Shown piece after piece: positions 49,060 to 58,167 of a stretch of DNA of 64,000 nucleotides. The notes under the pieces were generated by a model. The model worked only from the letters and a program-made list of their open reading frames with translations. It had not been told where the DNA came from and made no database searches. Both the position numbers and the translations under genes were made by a program. Source of the DNA: Candidatus Omnitrophota bacterium (GTDB lineage: Bacteria; Omnitrophota; Gorgyraeia; B26-G9). Location of the stretch: positions 73,352 to 137,351 of the forward strand of contig JACQZH010000041.1 of NCBI GenBank assembly GCA_016213925.1. The letters run 5' to 3'. How positions within the stretch are numbered: the stretch's first letter is position 1; each line of letters begins with the position of its first letter.

Positions 49060-50075
49060 TGATGAGAATTGAAACGAGATTAGTAATTAAGCGGTTTATG
49101 TTAGCTGTTTTTTTTGCGCTGCGTTATGGTGGATTGAGGAAACTTATTAACCTTATCTATAATGAATACGAGCGTAGAAGAATGGTTCCCAGCTTAAAAA
49201 GCAGGCCATATTTTATAAAGCTGCAGGTATCAAATTATTGTGAAGCAGGCTGTAAGTATTGCATTCGTAATTATGCTCAAGCACCTTTTCAAATGCTTTC
49301 TTATGAGAAAGCTATGGCAATTATTGATCAGGTTTGTGAAAATACTTATCTGATGGCTTTTCATTATTCGGGAGAGTCTCTTATGAATAAAGATATTTTT
49401 AAGATTGTGCAATATGCGCATAACTGCAATATTGCTACATATTTAAGTACTAATTTATTGCACCTTTCTGATTTTAAAATTTCCGAAATTTTTGAAAGTG
49501 GACTGGATCTACTGACAATTTCAATAGATGGGATTTCGCAGGAAACATATGGAGTATATCGTGAGCAAAAAAATATAAAACTTATTTTAAATAACATGCA
49601 GAAAATTATAGCAGAAAAGAAGCGAATGAGGCGTAGATTTCCTCTTGTAAATTTACAATACCTGGTTATGAATCATAATGTATATGAGATTGAACTAGTA
49701 AAAAAGCTTGGTCGTGAATATGGAGTTGACATGATTGACTTTAAGCCTATTGGGACAAAAGATAAAGCTTTTTTGCCGAAAAACAAAGAATATGTGCGTG
49801 CATCTATTGTTGGCTTAGTAAAAAAACGGATGCCATGTTGGTGGCTTTGGGGGGCGGCAGTCGTGTTAAATAGTGGGAGTATTGTCCCTTGTTGTATGGC
49901 TACGGTCAGAGAAGATGATTATTTGGCAGATTCAAAAGAATTACTTTATATCCAGTATAATAATGAACAGATGCGGAAATTAAGAGAAAAACATTCTCAA
50001 AATAATTTACATAATATAAAATATTGCGTGGATTGTCCAATTCCTTATGGGGCAATGTTAAACCAGACCATTTAA
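49056..50075 (+). CDS. Radical SAM/SPASM protein
   Basis: CEAGCKYC, SGESLMN, STN, CWWLW...PCC...CVDC. Confidence 0.92.
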   Translation: MMMRIETRLVIKRFMLAVFFALRYGGLRKLINLIYNEYERRRMVPSLKSRPYFIKLQVSNYCEAGCKYCIRNYAQAPFQMLSYEKAMAIIDQVCENTYLMAFHYSGESLMNKDIFKIVQYAHNCNIATYLSTNLLHLSDFKISEIFESGLDLLTISIDGISQETYGVYREQKNIKLILNNMQKIIAEKKRMRRRFPLVNLQYLVMNHNVYEIELVKKLGREYGVDMIDFKPIGTKDKAFLPKNKEYVRASIVGLVKKRMPCWWLWGAAVVLNSGSIVPCCMATVREDDYLADSKELLYIQYNNEQMRKLREKHSQNNLHNIKYCVDCPIPYGAMLNQTI

Positions 50076-50079
50076 AAAA

Positions 50080-51123
50080 ATGAAGAAAAATATACTTATT
50101 ATTGGAAGTGCCGGTTTTTTAGGCGAAGCATTATTGAGGCATCTCTCACAAAAGGATTATAAACTAACAGGTTTTGATAGAACTAATCCGTTCCCGTTGA
50201 CGTTAAATGCTGAATATATAAAGGGGGATATCCTTGATTATCAATCAGTGCATAAAGCGATAAAAGCAAAAGATGTGGTGATTAATTGTTCTGGAGTTAT
50301 GCCGAATGCTTCAAAAAAGGAAATGTTTTCTTTACACTCTAATGGCATGGAAAATATTTTAAAAAGTGCGCTAGAAAATACGGTTGATAGAATAATTCAT
50401 ATTTCATCTCCTGCGGTGTATGGTTCTAATGATACGATCCCTTGGGGTGAAGATGCTCCATTGAGAGGGGCTAATGTGCATGCGCAGGCAAAAATTATAG
50501 CCGAACAGGTTTGTCAGAAATACAGGATTAAAGGATTATCAGTAACAATTTTAAGGCCAATGCCTCTTACGGGGCATGGAAGATTAGGAGTTTTTTACTT
50601 GTTTTATCAATTAATTGAAAAAGGAATTACTATCCCATTGCTGGGGGATGGGAAGAATATAATTCAATTGCTTGATATCGGAGATTTGTGCAATGTAATC
50701 ACTTTACTTATTCAGCAAGATAAATCACTAATTAATGATGTGTTTAATGTTGGAGCAGAACGATTTTCTACTTTACGTGAAGATATCCAGAACTTGATCA
50801 ATACTGTTAACAGTAAATCACGATTATGTTTGTTCCCAGCTTTTCCCATAAAGATCATACTTAATATACTTACGAAAATTGGGATATCGGACATTTATTA
50901 CCCAATGATTGCTATTTTAGATAAGTCAATTATACTTTCAAACGAAAAAATTAAAAAACTTGGTTGGAAAGCAGTCAAGAGTAATACAGAGTCATTAATA
51001 ACAGGCTACTATTGGTATTTAAAAAATAAAGAGAATATTATTGAAACAAAAACTAATCGCGGAAAATCTTCAAATAAAGCGTCTCGTTTATTAAATATCC
51101 TTTTTAAAAAGGCTTCGAAGTAA
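50080..51123 (+). CDS. NAD-dependent epimerase/dehydratase (extended SDR)
   Basis: GSAGFLG, GDILD, SSPAVYG. The catalytic YxxxK appears as HAQAK. Confidence 0.9.
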   Translation: MKKNILIIGSAGFLGEALLRHLSQKDYKLTGFDRTNPFPLTLNAEYIKGDILDYQSVHKAIKAKDVVINCSGVMPNASKKEMFSLHSNGMENILKSALENTVDRIIHISSPAVYGSNDTIPWGEDAPLRGANVHAQAKIIAEQVCQKYRIKGLSVTILRPMPLTGHGRLGVFYLFYQLIEKGITIPLLGDGKNIIQLLDIGDLCNVITLLIQQDKSLINDVFNVGAERFSTLREDIQNLINTVNSKSRLCLFPAFPIKIILNILTKIGISDIYYPMIAILDKSIILSNEKIKKLGWKAVKSNTESLITGYYWYLKNKENIIETKTNRGKSSNKASRLLNILFKKASK

Positions 51124-52548
51124 TAGCAGAAGCCAAAGTCTTACGGTATTAAATTGGCGTAATATAATGAGAATAGTAAAGTTGCAAAAAATCATGCGTC
51201 GTAAATATGAAGCAGATGCATAAAAAGCAAGGTATGCTTTGCTTGCCCATGCATTTAAATCCTTTCTGCTTAATATTACGTCAGGATTTTCCCATAATCG
51301 TGTTTCTATCGTGTTGTTTAGATAAGATTCAAGCCAGGGGTCTTTATTGAATTTTTTTAATATTTTATTATAGATATCTGTGTAAGGCAATGGTACAGTA
51401 ACTATAAACTGCGCAAAATGTAATGGCAATTTTTTTGCAAACTGAATGGTGTCAGAAATGCTATTTATTGTATCACCGCTATTCCCAATCATAAAAAAGC
51501 CTAAAGTTATAAAATTACGTTTTACGGTTGCAGCTATAATGTGTTCTATATTGTTTAGAGACGTTGGACGTTTCAGTGTCTTTAGTATATCGCTACTTCC
51601 TGATTCAATCCCATAATGAATGCTAATGCATCCAGCTTTTTTCAGCTCATCTAATAAATCAGGGTCCATGTAATCAGTACGGGTACGGATTGCCCATTTT
51701 ATATCTATTTTATGTTTTCGCAGTTGGCTGCAAAATGATATTGTCCTTTCGCGATCTATGGTAAAAGTCGAATCCAAGAAAGTGATTTCTCTGATTCCGA
51801 ATCGATAACGGCATTCTTCGATTTCTTCTATAGTTTTTGATAGTGTTCTTTTTTGGTACGGGATCTGTCTGTCGGTGCAATAGGTACATTTGAAAGGACA
51901 TCCGATACTGGTTATCATTGTTGTAAATTTACTATGGATGGAAAGAGCTGAACCATATAGGCCGTTATTAATAAGTTCCCGAGCTGGAAAAGGGAGTTCA
52001 TCAAGCACATAGGCATCTTCTGGAGGATTTTGAATGATTTTATTATCCTCTTGATAAACGATGCCATTAATGTGCTTAAAACTTTTTTTGCGTGCTATTG
52101 TTTCGATAATAGATGGCAGGGAGGAGAACCCTTTACCAGAGAGAACGATATCTATTTGCTTGTTTTTAGCGACTATTTCAGGATAAAGCTGGGGGAAATG
52201 TCCTCGAGCAATAATTACAGCGGATGATATTTTTCTGATCAACTTTAAACAATCGATTTCATAACGGGGATTGAAAATGTTGATGGATGAACAGACAATA
52301 TCCGGCTGGTTATTTTTTATATATAAAATAATGTCTTGTAGTGAAAAATAGTCTAATTCACAATCAAAAATTTTTATGTTATGCCCATTTTTTTTAAGTA
52401 ATGCTGCTGAATAAAGCAGCCCCAAGGGGGGATAACGGACAAGCCATTTGCAATACAGCGTTGAAGAAAGACACCCTCCGGGATTAATGATACTCGATGC
52501 TGAGGAAGTCCCGGCTTTAAGAGGGAAACGAATAAATAGGATATTCAT
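51091..52548 (-). CDS. Cobalamin-dependent radical SAM protein (only minus-strand gene)
   Basis: YPPLGLLY, SIGCPFKCTYC, GIESGS, FFMIG. Confidence 0.92.
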   Translation of the reverse strand: MNILFIRFPLKAGTSSASSIINPGGCLSSTLYCKWLVRYPPLGLLYSAALLKKNGHNIKIFDCELDYFSLQDIILYIKNNQPDIVCSSINIFNPRYEIDCLKLIRKISSAVIIARGHFPQLYPEIVAKNKQIDIVLSGKGFSSLPSIIETIARKKSFKHINGIVYQEDNKIIQNPPEDAYVLDELPFPARELINNGLYGSALSIHSKFTTMITSIGCPFKCTYCTDRQIPYQKRTLSKTIEEIEECRYRFGIREITFLDSTFTIDRERTISFCSQLRKHKIDIKWAIRTRTDYMDPDLLDELKKAGCISIHYGIESGSSDILKTLKRPTSLNNIEHIIAATVKRNFITLGFFMIGNSGDTINSISDTIQFAKKLPLHFAQFIVTVPLPYTDIYNKILKKFNKDPWLESYLNNTIETRLWENPDVILSRKDLNAWASKAYLAFYASASYLRRMIFCNFTILIILRQFNTVRLWLLLLLRSLFKKDI

Positions 52549-52621
52549 AAACGAATAATTTTAGTTGCAAATAATTTATATAGAATAATCACGTCAATTA
52601 GAGTTATCAACCTAATTTCAC

Positions 52622-52650
52622 TTTACAAAACATATTTAATATGTTACATT
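52622..52650 (+). promoter_or_regulatory. Sigma70-type promoter with a palindromic operator-like site in the spacer
   Basis: TTTACA-17 bp-TACATT with extended TGn. A perfect inverted repeat AACATATT-T-AATATGTT lies at 52629-52645. Confidence 0.55.
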
Positions 52651-52712
52651 AAAGTTAAATAAAATCAAGGTTATTAATTACATTTATCATAAAAAAAGGA
52701 AAATATGATTTA

Positions 52713-52749
52713 TTGGAGACCTGTTCCCAGGGGAAAACCACGTCCCCAA
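52713..52749. repeat. GC-rich hairpin (REP-like) in the divergent intergenic region
   Basis: TTGGAGAC...GTCCCCAA arms with one mismatch, in otherwise very AT-rich DNA. Confidence 0.4.
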
Positions 52750-52944
52750 AAATAACTGTTCTTAAAGTATAGAGTATATAGAGAGTATTGGTAATATTAA
52801 GTAAAATGCTAATATTGTGCTATATAAAAATTCTGGGTTTATGCTAAGCGTAGTTGATATTTTCCCCGGATTATAATGTCTTCGGTTTATTTCTTAAGCT
52901 TATAGACATATAACATATTGTTTTAATAGGAAAAGCTTTTTAAT

Positions 52945-54468
52945 GTGAAAATTTTGCTTTTATCCCCTCCCAGACAGTATTGGCCATTCATAGGTGAATA
53001 TGATAATTTTATTCTGCCGCAGCATTTGGCTTGTTTAGCAAGTGTATTAGAAAAAGATGGTTTTGAGGTTAATGTATTGGATTGCATGGCTAGTAAATGC
53101 GGCTGGAAAACTCTTGCTGAATATATAAAAAAGAATCAGCCAGAAGTTGTTGCCTGCGGAGAGAATCATGCGTTGTATAGCCATGAGGTTGTTAAAGTAT
53201 TTTCTCTAGTAAAAACTATTAATTCAGCTATAATTACGATTGCTGGGGGAACTCATTTTTCTGTTTTAGCTGATGATTATGCAAAAAATCGGGATATCGA
53301 TTTTATTGTGATTGGTGAAGGAGAAATTACATTGCTTGAATTAATGCGTGAATTACGCTCAGGCAGGAGTAATTTTAAAAAAATACCAGGTATCGCGTAT
53401 TTTTTTGATAATGAAATTGTTTACACTCCACACCGTAGATTAATTGAAAATCTTGATGAATTGCCTCATCCGGCATACCATTTAATGCCGATGGATGCTT
53501 ATGGGAAATCGCGTTTTTTATTTTCTCCGGGGGGGATAACAATTCATCACAGCAGGGGGTGTACTGGTAGTTGTAAATTCTGTGCTTGGTGGCTACAAAT
53601 GGCAGATCGTAGAGAAAAAGACGGAAAAATTGAGCTTAGACCGCGTTGGCGTACAAAAGGAGTTGCTAAAACAATAGAAGAAATAAAAATTTTATACCAT
53701 GAATACGGAAAAAAATGCTTTATTTTCGTCGATGAATCCTGGAATATAGACAGTTTATGGAATAATGATTTTGCTGAACAAGTATTGAAGGAAAAATTAA
53801 AAATAAATTATTTTGCTTTTATGCGCGCTGATTGTATTATTCGGGACCAGAAAAAGGGGATATTCAGAAAATTGGTCAGTTCAGGTCTTGCGCATATTTG
53901 TGTTGGTATTGAACGCTGCGAATCGGATATCAATGCGCGGTTTAATAAGAGTTTTGGCACCAGTGAAATAACCAGGGAGTGTTTTTCAATATTAGAACAG
54001 TATCCGCAAGTTTTTCGCCAAGGAACTTTTATTGTCGGGCTCGAGAATGACTCGAAAGAAAGCATGATGCGGCAGGTAAAGTTTGCACGGGAATTAAAAG
54101 CGGATTACCCCGCTTTTCATCCGATAACTGTTTTGCCCGGGACCGCGTTGTGGAATGAAATGAAAGAAAAAGGCAAGTTGGAACATGTGAATTTTGGCAA
54201 ATACGATTGGGCTACGCCGCATTTTTCGACAAAATATTTATCAATTGAAGAAGTTGATTTTTTGATCTATGAGATGAATAAGGCATTTGCCACTTTGTCG
54301 TGGCTATTGCGGGGATTATTCTCGCCATACCGGTATAAACGGGATTTATATATTTGGTGGCTACTTGTTAGCGTTAAAATTGCGCTGGAATCATTGGCGG
54401 CCTTTATTAATCCTTTTCGGAGAAATGTCTTTTCAGCTTTAGTAACGCCAAAATGGTACGATAATTAG
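52945..54468 (+). CDS. Cobalamin-dependent radical SAM protein (BchE-like family)
   Basis: GTG start; GGTHFS, GEGE, SRGCTGSCKFC, FMRAD, LPGT. Confidence 0.93.
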   Translation: MKILLLSPPRQYWPFIGEYDNFILPQHLACLASVLEKDGFEVNVLDCMASKCGWKTLAEYIKKNQPEVVACGENHALYSHEVVKVFSLVKTINSAIITIAGGTHFSVLADDYAKNRDIDFIVIGEGEITLLELMRELRSGRSNFKKIPGIAYFFDNEIVYTPHRRLIENLDELPHPAYHLMPMDAYGKSRFLFSPGGITIHHSRGCTGSCKFCAWWLQMADRREKDGKIELRPRWRTKGVAKTIEEIKILYHEYGKKCFIFVDESWNIDSLWNNDFAEQVLKEKLKINYFAFMRADCIIRDQKKGIFRKLVSSGLAHICVGIERCESDINARFNKSFGTSEITRECFSILEQYPQVFRQGTFIVGLENDSKESMMRQVKFARELKADYPAFHPITVLPGTALWNEMKEKGKLEHVNFGKYDWATPHFSTKYLSIEEVDFLIYEMNKAFATLSWLLRGLFSPYRYKRDLYIWWLLVSVKIALESLAAFINPFRRNVFSALVTPKWYDN

Positions 54469-54469
54469 T

Positions 54470-55543
54470 ATGAAAAAAATAATTTGCAAAGGAAAACAAT
54501 TTTTATTGGCATTGAATATTTCATATCGTACTTTTTCATTTTTAAACGGAGTCCAAATCGTGAAATTTATTTTTAAAAGGTTTGTTTTAAGACAACATGT
54601 TCCTATGCTTGGAATTTTTTCTGTTACGTACCGTTGCCAATGTTCCTGCGTACACTGTGGAGTCTCGGAGTATATCAATAAAAAAATGACAAAAGAATGT
54701 ACAGAAGAAACAAAAAGGGTTATTGATGTATTTGTTAGGTATGGAATGCTTAAAGTTAATTTTTTTGGTGGAGAACCCTTATTACGTAATGATATCGTGT
54801 TGCTGGTAGCATATGCAGTTCGGAAGGGGTTGCGTACTTCTCTATCCACTAATGGGATTTTATTGACTGAACCGCGTATTTTAGAATTGAAAAAGGCAGG
54901 GATTGGGAATATAACGGTCAGCATTGATAGCGCTGAGCATAAAACGCATGATCGGTTGAGGGGCTATGAAGGGTGTTTTAATGCTGCAGTTAATGCATTA
55001 CGCTTATGTGTGAAGCACAAAATTCCTGCGGCGATATCATGCTATGCATCAAAACAATCAATAGCGGACAATAATTTATCTAAAATCATTTCCCTCGGAG
55101 AGAAAATAGGTGTTGATGCGGTTAAAATACGTATGCCGATTCTTGCGGGTAAATTGAAAAATTCGCAGGAACAGCGATTAAACGAACATGAAATAGAATA
55201 TCTTAAGGGGCTGTTGAAGGATCATTCCCGGGTCTACATAGAAGAAGCTTTTTATTATGTGGCATTTAAGGAAAAATGTTGTTCTGCGTTGAAAAAACAG
55301 CTGATTTATGTTTCTCCTAATGGAGAAGTTCAGCCATGCCCGGCTATTGCCGTATCATTAGGAAATATTTTATCTGAAGGTAAATTGGGAAGAATTTTTA
55401 ATAAACCGATAGTGAAACAGTTTTATAGTAAATACTCTGGTATAGATTCATGTTTGGTGAATACTGAGCAATTTCGCAGGAGTTATTATCCGATTAACGA
55501 TGAAGCGGTATTGCCTTTAGCAATAGAAGAACTCCTTCCGTAA
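54470..55543 (+). CDS. Radical SAM/SPASM protein
   Basis: CQCSCVHC, FFGGEPLLR, STNG, C.A...GEVQPC. Confidence 0.92.
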   Translation: MKKIICKGKQFLLALNISYRTFSFLNGVQIVKFIFKRFVLRQHVPMLGIFSVTYRCQCSCVHCGVSEYINKKMTKECTEETKRVIDVFVRYGMLKVNFFGGEPLLRNDIVLLVAYAVRKGLRTSLSTNGILLTEPRILELKKAGIGNITVSIDSAEHKTHDRLRGYEGCFNAAVNALRLCVKHKIPAAISCYASKQSIADNNLSKIISLGEKIGVDAVKIRMPILAGKLKNSQEQRLNEHEIEYLKGLLKDHSRVYIEEAFYYVAFKEKCCSALKKQLIYVSPNGEVQPCPAIAVSLGNILSEGKLGRIFNKPIVKQFYSKYSGIDSCLVNTEQFRRSYYPINDEAVLPLAIEELLP

Positions 55544-55619
55544 TTTTTTTTCTCCAAGCGAATAGCAGATATCGCTGGAGACGCGGTTAAAAATAAGCAG
55601 GGCCAAGGACCAATATTAT

Positions 55620-57068
55620 ATGCGAATACTTCTTATTAATCCGAATAATCCGCTTAATTGTAATGATGCAATGATAAATATTTTTGTCGGGGTGGCTGCG
55701 CCGATGGGGCTTTTGAAGATCGCTGCGGTGCTTTTGCAAAAAAAACATGAAGTTAAATTTTTTGATCAATATGTAGAATATAAAAGTAAGAATCAAATAT
55801 TTGAGTTTATGCGTAATGAGCATCCGGATGTTGTGGGCATATCAGTCATTGCGCCCACGTTTTCGTGGGTTAAAGAATTGTGTTATTTTATAAGAAAGGA
55901 ATTACTGCAAACGAAAATTGTCCTAGGGAACAGTTTTGCTTCATTATACGCTCAAGAGATACTGCGTGACGAAGTGGCGGACGTTGTAGTTTTCGGTGAA
56001 GGTGAATATAGTATGCCGGAGGTTGTCGAGTCGCTTCAAGAAAACAGGCCATTAACATGGATAGCCGGGATTGCTTTTAGACAGGGAGAAGAGGTTGTTA
56101 TCACAAAACAGCGTGCTCCAATATCCGACTTGGATGCGCTTCCATATCCGGCGTGGAATTTGATTAATATCAATAACTATAATCGGGTGCCCATGCTGGG
56201 ACTATACGGACCATCTGCGATGATTCAAGGGTCGCGAGGATGCGCATATCATTGTTTTTATTGTTCGCAGGATGCAACATTTCGAAAATTCCGGAAACGA
56301 TCCATTGTATCGATTGTGGATGAAATGGAATATTTATATGAACACTATCATGTGCCCAATATTATTTTTCTTGATGCGTATTTTCCGTTTTCTATACAGT
56401 CAGGTTTTGAGTTTTGTGATGAGGTTATCCGGCGCGGATTACATGAGAAGGTGAGATGGGTTACCGAGACAAAGGTTGATCAAGTAAACGAAGCGCTTTT
56501 GAAGAGAATGAAGGAAGCGGGGTTGTATTTGATTATGTATGGCTTTGAAACAGGCAGTGAGCGCATCCTTGCCATGATTAATAAAAATACTTGCCTTGAG
56601 CAGGCACACGAAGCCATGAAATATACGAAGAAATACGCTATAAAAACACTCGGCTTGTTTATGATTGGTTTCCCGGAAGAAACAGAAGAGGAGGTTAAGA
56701 AAACAATCAGATTCTCTCAGGAACTTGATTGTGATCTGGTAAAATATAATTTACTGATACCGTATCCTGGCACCGGACTGTACGAGCGCTATTTTAGCGA
56801 TCGGCTTTTTGCGTATAAAAATCCGGATTTGTTTAACAGCTGGTATGATATGGTAATCCAAAAGCATGATGTGTTTAATTGCAGTGTGATATCCGTCCGG
56901 CGGTTACGGCAACTACGTATTTTTGCAATTTTGAGTTATTATTTACGTCTACGTGTTCTTTTGCGGCTTTTTATAAAAAGAACGTTGCGCGTAGGTATGT
57001 GTTATAAAGTGGTTTGTTTTTTGCTTTATATTTCTTTACGAGGGAAGAAACAAAGAAAAATATTATAA
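55620..57068 (+). CDS. Cobalamin-dependent radical SAM protein
   Basis: PMGLL, GEGE, SRGCAYHCFYC, GFETGS, GFPEET, PYPGT. Confidence 0.94.
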   Translation: MRILLINPNNPLNCNDAMINIFVGVAAPMGLLKIAAVLLQKKHEVKFFDQYVEYKSKNQIFEFMRNEHPDVVGISVIAPTFSWVKELCYFIRKELLQTKIVLGNSFASLYAQEILRDEVADVVVFGEGEYSMPEVVESLQENRPLTWIAGIAFRQGEEVVITKQRAPISDLDALPYPAWNLININNYNRVPMLGLYGPSAMIQGSRGCAYHCFYCSQDATFRKFRKRSIVSIVDEMEYLYEHYHVPNIIFLDAYFPFSIQSGFEFCDEVIRRGLHEKVRWVTETKVDQVNEALLKRMKEAGLYLIMYGFETGSERILAMINKNTCLEQAHEAMKYTKKYAIKTLGLFMIGFPEETEEEVKKTIRFSQELDCDLVKYNLLIPYPGTGLYERYFSDRLFAYKNPDLFNSWYDMVIQKHDVFNCSVISVRRLRQLRIFAILSYYLRLRVLLRLFIKRTLRVGMCYKVVCFLLYISLRGKKQRKIL

Positions 57069-57098
57069 TGGTAAGCATGGGAACAAGAGGAGTATAGG

Positions 57099-58157
57099 AT
57101 GAAGTCATTACATAAAAGCAATATTGACGCGATGTTCAATATCTGGAATGACATGTATTCTCTTATCGAGTTTCGACGCTGCACGCGTTGCCTTCTGCCT
57201 GAAACAATGCCGGGTATTGTTTTTGATACTCAGGGAGTATGTAATTATTGTAATTTATATAAGAAACGAGTAATGCCAGAAGATATCTTGTTGGATGAAA
57301 TTTTAGCTCCGTATCGGAAAAAAGGTACTGATCCGGATTGTATTGTTGCCTTAAGTGGGGGAAGGGATAGTTCTTTTGGGTTGCACTATGTTAAAAAAGT
57401 TCTTGGGTTAAAACCGGTTGCGTATACCCATGACTGGGGATTAATCCCGGACATAGCAAAACGAAATCAAAAAAAAATGTGTGATTCTTTAGGTGTTAAG
57501 CATGTTATTACCTATGAAAATGCGAAAAAAATCCGAAAAAATCTTTTGAAGAATATCAAGGCATGGCTTAAAAAGCCTGCGTTGGGAATGCTTCCGTTGC
57601 TGATTTCTGCAGATAAAAAACCGTATTATTATGCGCATAAGATTAAGAAGAGTACAGGGATAAAATTAATGGTTGCTTGTTTGGGGCATAATTATGAGGT
57701 GCCGGCTCTTAAAATGGGGTTTTGCAATATTTTCAACAAATATCCGAGGCTGACTCATGAAATCTCGTCGCCTGATAAATTAAGGCTTGGGTTATATTAT
57801 TTTAAACAGTGTTTAGCGAATCCCTTATATATCAATAGTTCGTTATTAGATACTTTGCATGGATATGCGTCTATGTTTTTCTTACCGATTCAAACGAATG
57901 GCGATGTTTTATTGTTTAAGTATATAAAGTGGGATGAGCAGGAGATTACAAAAACATTAATTAATAATTATGGGTGGGAATGCCCTTCTAATACTAAGCT
58001 CATCTGGAGGATGAGTGATGTGGCTTCATTTTTTCATAGTTATATTTATTTAGCTGTTGCCGGATTTACCGAAAATGATACTTTTCGCAGTGCTCAAGTC
58101 CGCGATGGCGTTATGGATAGGGAAGAAGATCGGAAGAGCGTCTGTAGGGAAAGATAA
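57099..58157 (+). CDS. N-acetyl-sugar amidotransferase (WbpG/WbuX-like PP-loop ATPase); C-terminus replaced by adapter sequence
   Basis: RCTRCLLPET...CNYC, LSGGRDSS, RSAQVRDGVMDREE. The terminal DRKSVCRER is adapter-derived. Confidence 0.88.
   Translation: MKSLHKSNIDAMFNIWNDMYSLIEFRRCTRCLLPETMPGIVFDTQGVCNYCNLYKKRVMPEDILLDEILAPYRKKGTDPDCIVALSGGRDSSFGLHYVKKVLGLKPVAYTHDWGLIPDIAKRNQKKMCDSLGVKHVITYENAKKIRKNLLKNIKAWLKKPALGMLPLLISADKKPYYYAHKIKKSTGIKLMVACLGHNYEVPALKMGFCNIFNKYPRLTHEISSPDKLRLGLYYFKQCLANPLYINSSLLDTLHGYASMFFLPIQTNGDVLLFKYIKWDEQEITKTLINNYGWECPSNTKLIWRMSDVASFFHSYIYLAVAGFTENDTFRSAQVRDGVMDREEDRKSVCRER
58127..58154 (+). other. Illumina TruSeq adapter contamination
   Basis: AGATCGGAAGAGCGTC-TGTAGGGAAAGA matches the adapter AGATCGGAAGAGCGTCGTGTAGGGAAAGA with one G missing. 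Confidence 0.95.
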
Positions 58158-58167
58158 TAGGTGATTT

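Noticed and set aside
52700-52760. GGAGACCTG resembling the 3' B12-box of a cobalamin riboswitch
   Set aside because: The upstream conserved elements (AGGGAA, GCCACTG, GGGAAG) are absent and the flanks are too AT-rich.
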